From assembly GCA_964016885.1 (NCBI GenBank), contig OZ024744.1:36580001-36644000 (forward strand): a DNA stretch of 64,000 nt, in the 5' to 3' direction. This stretch comes from Eledone cirrhosa (Eukaryota). The notes below the pieces were generated by a model, which saw nothing but the letters and a program-made list of their open reading frames with translations, made no database searches and had not been told where the DNA came from. Both the position numbers and the translations under genes were made by a program. Position 1 is the first letter of the stretch; each line of letters opens with the position of its first letter. Below are positions 12,944-27,703 of this stretch, piece after piece.

Positions 12944-12945
<2 letters not shown>
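12751..12945 (+). mobile_element. Family D palindromic mini-element
   Basis: Perfect central palindrome gtttcgacggctatttctggacgtccagaaatagccgtcgaaac plus the same tail. Confidence 0.9.
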
Positions 12946-13039
<94 letters not shown>

Positions 13040-13220
13040 TATATATATTTAGGTTTGTTGGGTTACCACTGGATAGAACTGGTCATTTAGTATAGTCAAC
13101 CTCGATGTAATATTATGGAGAGCACCCGTCTTCGTTTGTGTAGTTGGTGGTGCGAGTACGGAGTTAATTATTATAAAATAACAGGAGGCTGGACTAGTGT
13201 AATTCCTTAAAAGGTTTATT

Positions 13221-13278
13221 ATACTATGATCATTTCAATGACTGCGTTCAGTATGAATCCGGTGACATCATCAGGTAT
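13221..13278 (-). ncRNA. Type I HHR motif (family G) within pLTR-like fragment ~13050-13327
   Basis: atac CTGATGA ...ttca-tac-tgaa... GAAA tgatca TA gtat; stem II imperfect. Confidence 0.6.
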
Positions 13279-13327
13279 TCGAAATATAACAAAGGAATAT
13301 AATAGACAAAATCCATGGGGCTGAAAA

Positions 13328-15314
13328 CACCGTCTAACGAAAAATAATTTTTCTCTATTCCTGGATTGTAATCACTTTTTTTGTGTTGCTTAGGTCCCAA
13401 ATAAACAAAAAAAGGGCTACTAAACAGTTAAAAGTTTGTGTTTGTAAAAATGCTAAGCTATTCACTAGAATTATTTGTATGCTGGATTTTACTATGTTAT
13501 ATAAGTTTAATTTGCTTATGTTAAATGATTGTTTTTATATATGTTTCAGGTTAAATTAAAATTATAAAATAAAGAGTAATACCTAAAGAAATTTATAAAA
13601 GTGCAATAAAGTATAAAATTGTTAAAAAGTGGATCAAAGAGATTTATTGATACTGGATTTTCACACCCTGAATAAAGGGTAAGTTGTGTTTTAAGCACGA
13701 ATTTTCATTAGTATGATTAGTGTTCTTTTATATTATTTAAATATATATTTCCCTTTCCAAAATTTATTTTGTATTGCATATCAAATTTATTTTCCAAGAC
13801 AAGTATTCTGATGAAGAGGGGGAGATGGATGCTGAGGACTTGGATTACCTGCCTGAGGTTCCAGAAAAAGTTCCTCACTTCCCAAACCAAAAAGAAGTCA
13901 ATAACTTGGTCAGGGATATGGGTCTGACCAAGTCCAATGCAGAAATATTCGTCTCCAGGATGAAGCAGTGGAACTTGATCAAGGAGGAAGTGCAGGTGAC
14001 AAGTCAGAGAAGTCGACACAAACCTTTCCCAGGCTTTTAGACTCTTAGAGATGGCCTCTGCTTCTGCCATGACTTGCCTGGACTGTTTGACGTTATTAGG
14101 GTGCCGTTTGTGCCCAAGGAGTGACGGCTATTTATAGACAGCTCCACCACAATTTTGAAGGCTGTCCTCCTCCACAATGGAAACAAGTTCCCGACACTGC
14201 CCCTAGCTCATTCAGCCTGACCGAAGGAAGATTACTACAGTGTGAAAGTCCTCTTGGAAGCTCTGCAATACAACCAGTACAATTGGGAAATCATTGGAGA
14301 CTTCAAGACTTTCCTGCTTGGAATCCAATGAGGCTTTATCAAATTCCAATGCTTCCTCTGCCTTTGGGACAGCAGAGGCACCTCTGACCACTACAAAAGA
14401 AAGAACTGGGAGCAGCGAACAGAATTTGTAGTTGAGACCCGGAACGTCATGTGGGAGCCACTCGTTGATCCCATGATTGTGCTCATGCAGCCACTGCACA
14501 TTAAGTTGGGGTTGATGAAGCAGTTTCTGAAGGCTCTCAACCAAGAATCAGTCGCTTTTAAGTACCTTCTTGAGTTCTTCCCCAAGTTATCTGAGGCCAA
14601 AATCAAAGGTGGAATTTTTGTTGGATCTCAGATAAAGAAGGGGTTTGAGTCTACCGAGTTGTCCAATAAGCTCAATAGGATTGACAGAACAGCATGGAAC
14701 TGTTTCAAGGTAGTTGTTAAGGGCTTCCTGGGAAACTACAGAGCTGAAAACTACCAGCAACTGGTGCAAGATCTGATAAAGGCTTTTGGTGCCATGGGAT
14801 GCAGGATGTCGCTTAAACTCTATATGCTGGATGCGCTCACCTGGAAAAATTCAAGGACAATATAGGCGCCTACTTAGAAGAACAGGCGAACGATTCCACC
14901 AAGATGTGAAAGAGATAGAGCGGAGGTACCAGGTCCACTACAATGAAAAAATGATGGGGGACTATTTCTGGGGGCTAGTGAGGGAATGCGACCTGGACTA
15001 CGACTGCAAATCCAGGAAATCTAGTCATTTCTGACGTGTATAAGTTGCTTTATAAGTGTTATTTGTTTTTACTTGTTTGCTTTTGATAAGCTTGTGTAAT
15101 AAAATAAATATATACTCTGTTGATTTAATTATATGAACTGATAAATTTTAAAAAATGTGTTTTTTCTTGAAAAATTATGAACATTTCGAAATATCAAACT
15201 CCTGACCACAAACCCAAACTTCTGATTAAATAATAGTGTTGTTTTAATAATAATGGGATATAACAAACCAGGAAATCACACTTAGAACCGGGCAAAAAAA
15301 TATTTTACACGGTG
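13328..15314 (+). mobile_element. Chapaev3-like (CMC superfamily) DNA transposon with pseudogenised transposase (~13790-15034)
   Basis: Motifs LVRDMGLTK, RLFIDSS..LKAVLLHNGN, CFLCLWDSR, PLHIKLGLMKQF, AKIKGGIFVG and GERFHQD. Termini caccgt...acggtg with aaa on both flanks (possible 3-bp TSD). Confidence 0.88.
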
Positions 15315-15387
15315 AAATCAGAGACATGAGGGCGACCGAACATTTAGCAGCTTCTACCCCGGTCGGCCGCCCTCAATTTGATATATC

Positions 15388-15532
15388 TAGGGCGGGTAAA
15401 ATTCCCGAGATCCATGGACGAGTTCTCTCCAGCGGTCTCTGTCCCTCATTATCGCTGCCATATCCTGCATCTTCAACAACCAGAGTCTGTCCTTAGGGCA
15501 TCAACATACGTTAACCTTGGTCTTCCTCTTCC
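15388..15532 (-). mobile_element. 3' end of an RTE/RTE-X-like LINE
   Basis: Reverse complement of the 3' ends at 49870-50016 and 57795-57940. Confidence 0.85.
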
Positions 15533-15885
15533 ATATCTATATATATAACATTTAAAATTATAAATGTCATGTTTGAGATAATCTCGAACATGCACCTTAT
15601 CATCTAGGAATGAAATCAAAGAATAAATCTAAGCATTTAATCATTACAAAATAGTGAATGACATATATACATGAATATCTAATGGTATATGTGTACAATA
15701 GAACATATTAACATGAGATAATCTGTATTGAATCTAAGTGTATCATATATATATATATGTATATATATGTGTGTGTGTGTGTGTGTTTATGTGTGTGTAT
15801 ACATAAACACACACACATACACGCACACACACACATACACCCACACAGACACACCCACACAGACACACACACACACACACACACA

Positions 15886-15946
<61 letters not shown>

Positions 15947-16405
15947 ATATATATATATATATATATATATCATATACGTATAACTTGTAAATACAGAGAA
16001 AAAGAAAATGAGTGAGAGAGGGGTTATAAAGAGAGATATCAACACACAGAATGGGAAGGAGAATGTGAAAAAGAAAGAGAGAGAAAGGAAAAGAATGTCT
16101 ACTCGTGGTGGGGGTGGAGGGGAATGAAGAATTTGAATACAGTTCGATAAAATGATAATGTAAAATATATAGATAAATAGATGATTGAACATTTAGATTG
16201 TGAAATAAAACGAAACCCACGATACTGAAAAAGTCAAATTTAATAAATACTCTATGAAATAAATAAATTTATTCTTAAAATTATATAAATAAAATATTAA
16301 ATGAATAAAATAACTAACAGAAAAAAATATATAAAAAAGTTCCTTTACCAAAAATGTTGTAGTTCAAAGAAAGAAGTTTTTATGGGCATGAAAAGAAAAA
16401 CCACA

Positions 16406-16498
<93 letters not shown>

Positions 16499-16711
16499 TA
16501 TTTACTTTTAATTTAAAGTATGCATATTAATGAAGGGTTCTGCATCACATTTACGTTAAACTCTAAGATAAAACATACATAAGTACATACGAATAAATAG
16601 AACGTATATAGATGTAAGAGTATGAATGTGTGTTTTGTATATGTGATATGTATGGTTTGAATATAATTAGTATTTTATATCTCGTCACGCGCAGCTGATA
16701 CACAGATGTAA

Positions 16712-18172
<1,461 letters not shown>

Positions 18173-18299
18173 ATATTTAGACATATTTGCACATTTATTT
18201 CTCTCTCCCTTTCACTCTCACTCCCTCTCTCTCATTGTGTTTATATATATATACATATATATATATATATACATACATACACACATATATATATATATT

Positions 18300-18570
18300 G
18301 TTATGCTTTTGGAGGGTCATGTTGCCAATAAGAAACACACGCACCAGATGCTTTCACTCCAATTTATTATAAATTAAATTTATAAATTTAAGAATATATA
18401 AATTTCCGGTTGGTTGGTTGGTTCCATAACCGCACGGTTTTTCATATATTGTCAAAGTTCTTTCGTCACACATTCTGTGACCTCTTCCGTGGTTGGGATT
18501 CTTTTCTTTGTTTTGTGCCTCTCTTTGATCTGTCCTACGCCATCTTGTTTTGTGTGTGAGGTGCACACAA
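18300..18570 (-). mobile_element. pLTR-like fragment (family I) with degenerate HHR at 18450-18494
   Basis: Homologous to 50462-50600; core reads CGGAAGA. Confidence 0.7.
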
Positions 18571-18645
18571 ATATATATAAATATATTCATATCTATATAC
18601 ATACATATACATATATGTATATATATATATATATACATACATATA

Positions 18646-18924
<279 letters not shown>

Positions 18925-18944
18925 GTGTATATATATATATATAT

Positions 18945-19930
18945 TGGAAAATGTGTGTAATCCTTGGTACAGTTAGGTATATTAAGACAGGGGGAAGAAA
19001 AAATGGCTTCACTTGTGCTTTCAACAAATTTATTTTCTTCACAAAATCCAAAAAGAATTTTTTTCCGGATTAGAAAAAAAATGTTTCTTAAAAAAAATTA
19101 TTCTATAAATTAAGTTGTTGGTTGTTGATTAGGAGTTCTTGGTTAACGTAGGAGGTATTGTTTCGTTTTTGGAACGACCTTTCACGCTGAGGTGCGCTTG
19201 TCAAACTGATGTGTATGTGGTGTGTTCTATATTTAGGGATTTAACATGTCTGTGGTGTGGTGGGGTTTTTTTTCTTCTCCCCCTTTAAAAAGTGTATGGG
19301 TGTAGGTGTGTTGAAAAAGTGTTAATAGCAGAAATGAGTTGAGACGGTGAGTAGGGTTGGGTGGGGAGAAATGTAGCAAGTGCGGCCTGCCCCGGTCATT
19401 CTCGAAAAATTCCTTTATTCAGGGGAAAGAGCTTTTAGTATTCCTTTTGTGTTGAGAATGGTCACAGGCAAATCGCACCTGTCAAGTTTGTGAACAATTT
19501 TTTTTTTCTGAAGAATGTTTCTACGTCCATCCCAAAATTAGTCCTTTGTTCAACACACACATATGTGCGTATATACGTACATACACACACGGGCATATGT
19601 AGGAATATATAGGCACACACCATCAATCACACACCCATGTACATATACATCCACATACATACACAAAAACATATAAAGACACATATAAAAACACATATAC
19701 ACATACGTACGCACACGAATATGTACTCATACCTCCACATGGGCATATATATACATACATACATGTACATACGTATACACATACACACATAAAGAGACAT
19801 AACTAAATATACATATATACACATACACGCACACATACACACACACACACGTGTACACACACACACACACACATACATATGTCCGTATATATACCTCCGT
19901 TCACACATACATGCATACACACACACATAT

Positions 19931-20012
<82 letters not shown>

Positions 20013-20258
20013 GCATACACACACACACATACATATATATACATATATATATATACATACATATATATATACATATATGTACACATAAACACATAAAGAC
20101 ACATACACACATATACATACATATACACATATATATCTATCTATATATATATACACACATATATACATATACATATATATATATATATACATACATACAC
20201 ATACACATACACATACAAGTACATACATACACACATACATATATACACATACATATAC

Positions 20259-20291
<33 letters not shown>

Positions 20292-20380
20292 CATATATAT
20301 ACATACACACACATACTTACACACATACATACATATATATATATATATGTGTGTACACACAAGCACATAAAGACACATAT

Positions 20381-20421
<41 letters not shown>

Positions 20422-20575
20422 TATATATACACATACATCTACATACATACATACATATACACATACAGAAACATACACATATGTACACACATATATACAA
20501 ATATGCACATACATACACACACACACATATATATAGATACATACATATACATACACACACATATAAACATATATC

Positions 20576-20609
<34 letters not shown>

Positions 20610-20670
20610 CATATATATATATACAAACATACACATAGATACATATACATATACATATATATACACACAT

Positions 20671-20719
<49 letters not shown>

Positions 20720-21251
20720 TATACAAACATACACACATCCATACATATATATACACACACACATTTGCCTGTGACCATTCTCAACACAAAGGAATACTAA
20801 AAGCTTTTTCCCCTGAATAAAGGAATTTTTCGAGAATGACCGGGGCAGGCCGCACTTGCTACATTTCTCCCCACCCAACCCTACTCACCGTCTCAACTCA
20901 TTACTGCTATTAACACTTTTTCAACACACCTACACCCATACACGTATTAAAGGGGGAGAAAAGAAACCCCCACCACACCACAGACATGTTAAATCCCTAT
21001 ATATAGAACAACACACCACATACACATCAGTTTGACAAGCGCACCTCAGCGTGAAAGGTTGTTCCAAAAACGAAACAATACCTCCTACGTTAACCAAGAA
21101 CTCCTAATCAACAACCAACAACTTAACTTATAAAATAATTTTTTTTAAGAAAAACATTTTTTCTAATCCGGAAAAAAATTCTTTTGGGATTTTGTGAAGA
21201 AAATAAATTTGTTGAAAGCACAAGTGAAGCCATTTTTTCTTCCCCCCTGTC

Positions 21252-21255
<4 letters not shown>
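18945..21255. repeat. Inverted repeat family J: ~495-bp arms 18978-19472 / 20763-21255 around a (TA/CA)-rich tract; partial copy at 21670-21840
   Basis: Arms are near-identical reverse complements, with a short single-copy tail at 18945-18977. Confidence 0.85.
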
Positions 21256-21300
<45 letters not shown>

Positions 21301-21303
21301 CTG

Positions 21304-21393
<90 letters not shown>

Positions 21394-21531
21394 CATATAT
21401 ATATACATATATATATACATATATATATTTTATAGTTGAGACAGTAAACAGAAAACAAAAGTACAACGTGGAAGCGAAGAGTCAGTACAAATGTGTATTA
21501 GTTTCACGCTTGAGAGTGGAGGCGTGGATAG

Positions 21532-21593
<62 letters not shown>

Positions 21594-21732
21594 CATATAT
21601 ATATGTGCGTGTATGTATGTATGTTTGTGAGTGTGTGTGTGTGGTGCGTGTGTGGTGCGTGTGTGCGTTTTTAGAACGACCTTTCATGCTGAGGTGCGCT
21701 TGTCAAACTGATGTGTATGTGGTGTGTTGTTC

Positions 21733-21768
<36 letters not shown>

Positions 21769-22029
21769 TTAAGACAGGGGGGAAGAAAAAATGGCTTCAC
21801 TTGTGCTTTCAACAAATTTATTTTCTTCACAAAATCCAAAAATATATGTGTGCATGCATGCGCGTGATCTTTTTATTTTTTTTTATCAAAATCAATGATT
21901 AAATAAAATAACATTATTAAAATTCTAACCAATATGCAATTGCTTAATGTCAGGAAAGACTTCTGCAATCATATTTTAATGAAAGAAGTTTTAGCAATCA
22001 GAACGGTGAGTGGCAGCCACTAGTACATA

Positions 22030-22118
22030 GAAGCAGCAACGGCAGCAGCAGCAGCAGCAGCAGCAGAGCAGCAGCGGGAGTGGCAGTATTAGTGGTGGTG
22101 TTAGTAGTAGTAGTTGTT

Positions 22119-22171
<53 letters not shown>

Positions 22172-22246
22172 TGTAGTAGTAGTAGTGGTAGTAGTAGTAG
22201 TAGTGGTGGTGGTGTTAGTAGTAGTAGTAATAGTAGTAGTAGTAGT
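22030..22246. repeat. (CAG)n/(TAG)n simple repeats
   Basis: Direct inspection. Confidence 0.95.
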
Positions 22247-22355
22247 TTCAATGAGAGACAGGTGTCAATGTAATATTAATAAAAGGGAGAGGCAAATGAA
22301 GAAAATACGCGGTTTTTTGTTTTTTATGTTTGTATAGTAATTATTATTATTATTA

Positions 22356-22550
22356 GTCCATAGTTGCGGTGGATTGGCAGTATCGGTAGAGGGTCGGACG
22401 CCATGCTTTCCAGCTTAGTTACGTCCCTCTACGATCTGAGTTCAAATCCCGCCGAGGTTGACTTTGTCTTTCATCCTTATAGGGTCGATAAAATATAGTA
22501 CCAGTAATGTACTTGTTAATTGCTGGCCTTGTGCCTTAAGTAGAAACAAT
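22356..22550 (+). mobile_element. tRNA-derived SINE (OK-like), near full length, flanked by (TTA)n
   Basis: A-box-like tggcagtatcggt, B-box-like gagttcaaatccc, body ctttcatcctt..gggtcgataa and tail ggccttgtgcct..gtagaaac. Confidence 0.85.
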
Positions 22551-22561
22551 TATTATTATTA

Positions 22562-23240
22562 GTCCTTCGTGAGGATTGCCCCGCTCTCCTCCTTTAGCCG
22601 AGAAGGACAGGCAGTTTTTATCTGTCTGGTGGCCATGGCGAAAGAAATAGTATGGTGGACACGTCTAAAAGGGCTAAAGACGAGCACTTAGCACTTCGGT
22701 GATGCCCTGATTAACTTTTTCAAATTTCATTTGAAAAAGGAAAATCAGGGTAGAGAGGGAAGTGCTCTCTTCCCAGCATTTTGTTGAAAGATGGGTGAGA
22801 GAGGCAAGAATGGCTCAATAGTATTATCTTTTGTATTTCTCCTTTACGCGGGTTTACTGGGATTTGCGATAAGTAATCATTAGACCCCTTAGATATCATT
22901 CCTAGAGCGCCTACAACCACATATTGTTTTAGTTCGCAATTTCAACTCTGAGTATGTGCCTGTAAATTGAAGGTGGAAAACTGGGAGAGGTCACTTGCCC
23001 TAGTGGTCAGGGCCACCCTGGCTTTTTTTAATGGGCTTTCTCTACGATGGCCCTCGGAAGTCTCCTCCCTATTGGGGAATTTTTCATTGTTCCTTCTTTT
23101 GTTACATCCTCTGTTTTTGTTTTTTTACACGCAGAATTGCCCATTTATGCCGTCCCGTATTGTCCTGTATTGTCCTGTATTGTCCTGTACTGTCCTTAAT
23201 GTCTTACTTTGTGTAAACTCTTGTGGTTAATAAAGAAAGC
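22562..23240 (+). mobile_element. 5'-truncated Tx1-like element (3' end) with an internal foreign insert
   Basis: Homologous to 32948-33500; 22819-22943 matches 23443-23568. Confidence 0.9.
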
Positions 23241-23255
23241 ATTATTATTATTATT

Positions 23256-26200
23256 ACAGTTGCATTTATCTTGCTTTATGTTCATACGTGTTATCACCAA
23301 GTCACAACCAGTGACCCCAAGAGACAACAAGGTCCGCCATGTTCAAGAAAGAACATACATACACACATGCATCTGTAGGTGTTTAGACTTGTGATGTACT
23401 TATATTGACAGATTCTTCCTTAGTATATGGGCAGTTCCCATTAGTACTATCTTTTGTATTTTTCCTATACGCGGGTTTCCTGGGATTTGCGATAAGTAAT
23501 CATTAGACCCCTTAGGTATCATTCCTAGAGCGCCTACAACTACTAGTATTGTTTTAGTTCTCAATTTCCACATTTTTCCAATTTCTATCTCCAGGTCCTT
23601 ATACTTGCTCAATTTTTCAAATGTTTTTATAGATACATTCTTGTCTATTGGAACGGACATATCAATTAGCAGGCATACCCTCTTTTTAAAGTCCTTCAGT
23701 ATTATATCAAGTCTATTTGCATCTATTTTTCGGTCTGTTTGGATGCTAAAGTTCCACAAGATTGAGATGTGATCTTTTTCAAGTATGGGAGGTGGTTGAT
23801 GCTCCCACAAATTCTTTTGATGGGGCAGGTCAAAATGCTTACACATTATCCAAGGTATGTATTGTGCAGCTCTGTCATGCCTGTTTAGGTATTCGGTTGG
23901 AGCTATAGGACTGCACATTGAAATTATATGGTCAATGGTCTCTGGTTGTTTTTTACATGCACGGCATAATGGGTTCCATCCATTTTTTATTAGGTTGGCT
24001 TGGTAATTATTTGTTGCCAGAAACTGATCTTGTGCTGATATAATCAGTCCTTCAGTCTCCGATTTCAGTCCAGAGGATGCCAACCACTGATGGGTTAATT
24101 TTTGTCAACATCAGGATTGTCAGCTCTTTCTGGGTATTTTCCATACAGAGGCTTTTCGTGCCATTTCTTAGCCAGAGTTTCTGTAGCAGTTCTTTCTTTG
24201 CAGTTACTTTTACCTGCTTTGCTTTTTCTGTGTTTTCCATTTCAGCAGTAAATGGGACTTCTGAAATTTGTAGTCCATTACTGTATCTTTGGGCATCTTT
24301 TGTAATGGAGTATGATCTTTTGATGCTTTCGTGTTTCAAAACGAGTTTGATCATCCAATCATGTGATTCCCTTAGATATGTAGACAATCCAATTGTTGCA
24401 GTTTTCAACGCAATATCAAACTGGATTAACCCACATCCTCCTTCTTTCCTAGGGAGATATATTCTATCTGTATCTGACTTAGGGTGATGCATTCTGTGCA
24501 TGGTTAAGAATTTGCTAATTTTTGTATCGAGCCTACGGATCTCTGTGCTTGACCAGTTGATGACATTGTAACTCTACGTTACTACTGGCATGGCAAGCGT
24601 GTTTATGGCATCGATCCTATTCCTTGCATTCAATTCCGTTCTTAAGATTGCTCTTACTCTGCGGTAACATTCCTTCCTTATCCTTTCCCTCATTGTCGAG
24701 TGTTTGATTCCGTCTCCTTCACAAACGCCTAGATATTTGTAAGTTTCCTCTTGTCAAGTTCTCTTATCACATTCCCCCGATCAAGATTAATGTCTGAACT
24801 TTTCAGCAGCTTTCCTCTGGTGAACGTTGCTTTGGCGCATTTATCTAGTCCAAACTCCATTTTAATGTCATCACTGAACTACTTCACAGTGGATAATAGC
24901 CCTTGCAATTGTTCATCATTTTTTGCAAATAGTATCAGGTCATCCATGTAGTACAAGTGATTAATGGTTTTGTCATAGACTTTATATCCATGTTTTGTTT
25001 CATTGTTCATTTTACTTAATGGTATAAGTGAGATGCAGAATAAAAGCGGTGATAAAAATCACCCTGAAAAATTCCACAATTAATATTAACTTCTCCAGCT
25101 TCCAGTGATTTTTTTTCACTATTCAAAAGAAGTGTCGTTTTCCATGTCTTCATACTGAATGACAAAAACCTCCTGACAACGGGAGATATTTTGAAAATCT
25201 CTAAACATTTTTCAATCCAACTGTGTGGGAAACTATCGAATGCTTTTTTATAATCTATCCAAGCAATTGATAGATTTTTGTGTCTATTATGACAATCTTC
25301 CCGTATCATTTTGTTAACCAAAAGCTGATCTTTACAGCCATATGAGCCTCGTTTACACTCTGTCTGCTCATTGGGCATAGATCATTTGTTATATGTATAT
25401 TCAGTTAGGACTGATGTTAAAACTTTATACATTGTGGTCAAGCAATTTATCGGTTTGTAATGTTTGGGATTGTTTGTCTCATCATTCTTCGGAAGCAGAA
25501 ATATAATACTGTTAACTAGCCATGATGGTATCTTTTCTGGCTCCTTAACTATTTCATTGTAAAGTTGGGCTAACAGCTCATGAGACTCTGTGAAGGCATT
25601 TATCCAAAAATATGGTATTTTGTCTTTTCCTGGGGATTTCCATTTGCTGGTTTTTCTTAGAGCCAAACGCAACTGTTCAACTCTTATATTTTCCATGTTT
25701 GTTCCTCAAGGTGAGCTGTATCTTTCATTTGTCTGTATATCCACGTGGCATGTATATTATCAACTTTTTCTTCGGCCCAGATCTTTTCCCAGAATTCTTG
25801 CATTTCCTCCTTGGATGGTATTGATTTAGCAGTTATTGTTGACTTGCCAATTTTTCTGTAGAAGTTTCTTTGGTTATTTTTGAACATATTATTGTCCTTA
25901 TAGAATCTAGATCGTTTTTCAAAGCGCCTTATACGAGCAGCTTTGGCAGACACATTTTGTTTGATTATTTCTATCAGCATGTCTATGTCACTTGTTGATT
26001 TTATACTGTATTTTCTTTTCAATTTTCTAAGTTTTGTTTGTTTAACATGTTCACCTACTTTGTAGTTTGTTAACATTTCTATGTCAGATCGGAGAAGGTT
26101 TATTTGGTGATTGATGTTCTCTTGCCAAGTAGATTTCTTGTGGGAATTCCTCTGTTTTGTAATTTTCACTAAACATAAGTGAGTGGTGACTTTAACCGAT

Positions 26201-27466
26201 GCATAATAAAGATGATTTAAAACAGTAATGTTTAGATTGTTTGTGATGATAATGTTTTTGAGAATTATGTTAGTCTTGGTTCTGTTTGGAGTTCTGGATC
26301 TTAGGGAGAGTGTGTCTTTCCACCATGTCAGATTCTTTCATTTTCATCCATTCGATCATAATTTCATCCTTCAAGTTGGCAAGTTCATTCTCATTTATTT
26401 CTTTATCATTTACGATCTCATTGTTTTCATTTTGAGTTTTATCTTGAGCATACATTCCCTCCACTTTTTTGATCCTTTCTTTAATTTGTTCTGTTGTCAG
26501 TGATTCCGCCCCATCCCTGGGATTCGAAGTGTTACAATTTACCTCGTTTTCACTGACACATGTTTCAATTTCCCTTCGCTGACCTTGTGCTACTAGCTTG
26601 ATCTGATCAATTTCTATATCAGTTAGTAAGTTTTTTCTTACAATATTTCTTCGTATATTGGCTAGTTTGTTACTGTCAATATAGCCTCTGTTTTCAGGAT
26701 GTTTCTTTTTCCAGTTGATATATGTCTGTCCTGTATTCGATCTCTTTGATGGGTAGTACACGGCAGTGTAGAAAGCCTCAAGGACTTCTTTATTGTCTTC
26801 CCTTGACCATTTTTCTCTCTTTTCCTTTGGATTTCTTGGTGGTGAGCATGGAGGGCCAACAGTAGGAGTATTCCGGTTATGGGAGGTCCCCAGCTCCGAA
26901 GTGATGGGAAGGGTTGAACCATTAGCTGACTTTTCGACCACAGTCTGGTTCCTCTCTGAGGGACGCGGCCCTTTTTGACTTGGGTGACGGCCGATCTGGT
27001 ATGGGATTTTATCATTTGACATTTACTATATTTTGTCGCCAAGGGGTAATCATTTCGTGTTACCACTTCTAAGACGAGTGTCAACCAAGACTAGATGGGT
27101 CGTCCTCCCCTAGAGACACGGCTATTCCCTGCCGGCCGCCATCCCGGTATTTCTTGGTCACGGGGTTTTCTTTTTTGTTGTTTTTTTAAATTGTTATTAT
27201 CATGAGTGGTTTCTTAATGTGAGCATTGCGTGGCTTAAGAATGAAATTATTATTAATAATATAATATACTTTTTGTTGAAGTTGCCTGTTATTGTTGTAG
27301 ACTATGTCGGTGGTGGTGCTGGGGCTTTTTCTATTGTTGGTGGGGAAGGGAGGAGCCAGCAGTGCCATAGTCGTTGACGTTTGACCGGGTCAATAAATCA
27401 GTCTATTTATATCTTTTGCTAGCCTCTCCCTTGTCTAGTAATACCGCCACCTTACCCTTTCTTAAG
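23256..27466 (-). mobile_element. R4/Dong-like non-LTR retrotransposon (RT, CCHC, restriction-like endonuclease), degenerate and apparently full length
   Basis: N-terminal REKWSREDNKEV; KSPGKD; [10 protein letters not shown]; GIFQGD; YMDDL; CRACKKQPETIDHIISMC; RLDII..LIDMSVP..KYKDL. Both ends lie in (TAA)n. Confidence 0.92.
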
Positions 27467-27703
27467 TTATTATTATTATTATTATTATTGAATGCCATGG
27501 TTGACGGAGGCTCGGCTCTGTAAGGTATAGTAATTTTTAACCGTTAAAACAATTGTAAATTGTTTAAAACTTGAACCAAATTGTTGATAAAGACACCCTC
27601 CTCCTCGTGAGAGGGGTCTTTCTGTCCGTTATTTGGCCCTTCGGGGCTAAATAACCAGTTATTGGGGTTTTGTACCCAATATTCATTTTAAACAAAAAAC
27701 AAC

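Noticed and set aside
9276-12945. CRISPR-like or REP-like palindromic array
   Set aside because: Eukaryotic context, irregular spacing and no spacer structure; better explained as PLE/HHR foldbacks.
21495-21530. Half hammerhead (stem II-GAAA-ctaaTA) on the minus strand
   Set aside because: The CUGANGA strand is missing, so it is too short to call.
22365-22455. tRNA gene
   Set aside because: Only A/B-box-like motifs in a multi-copy SINE head; no cloverleaf.
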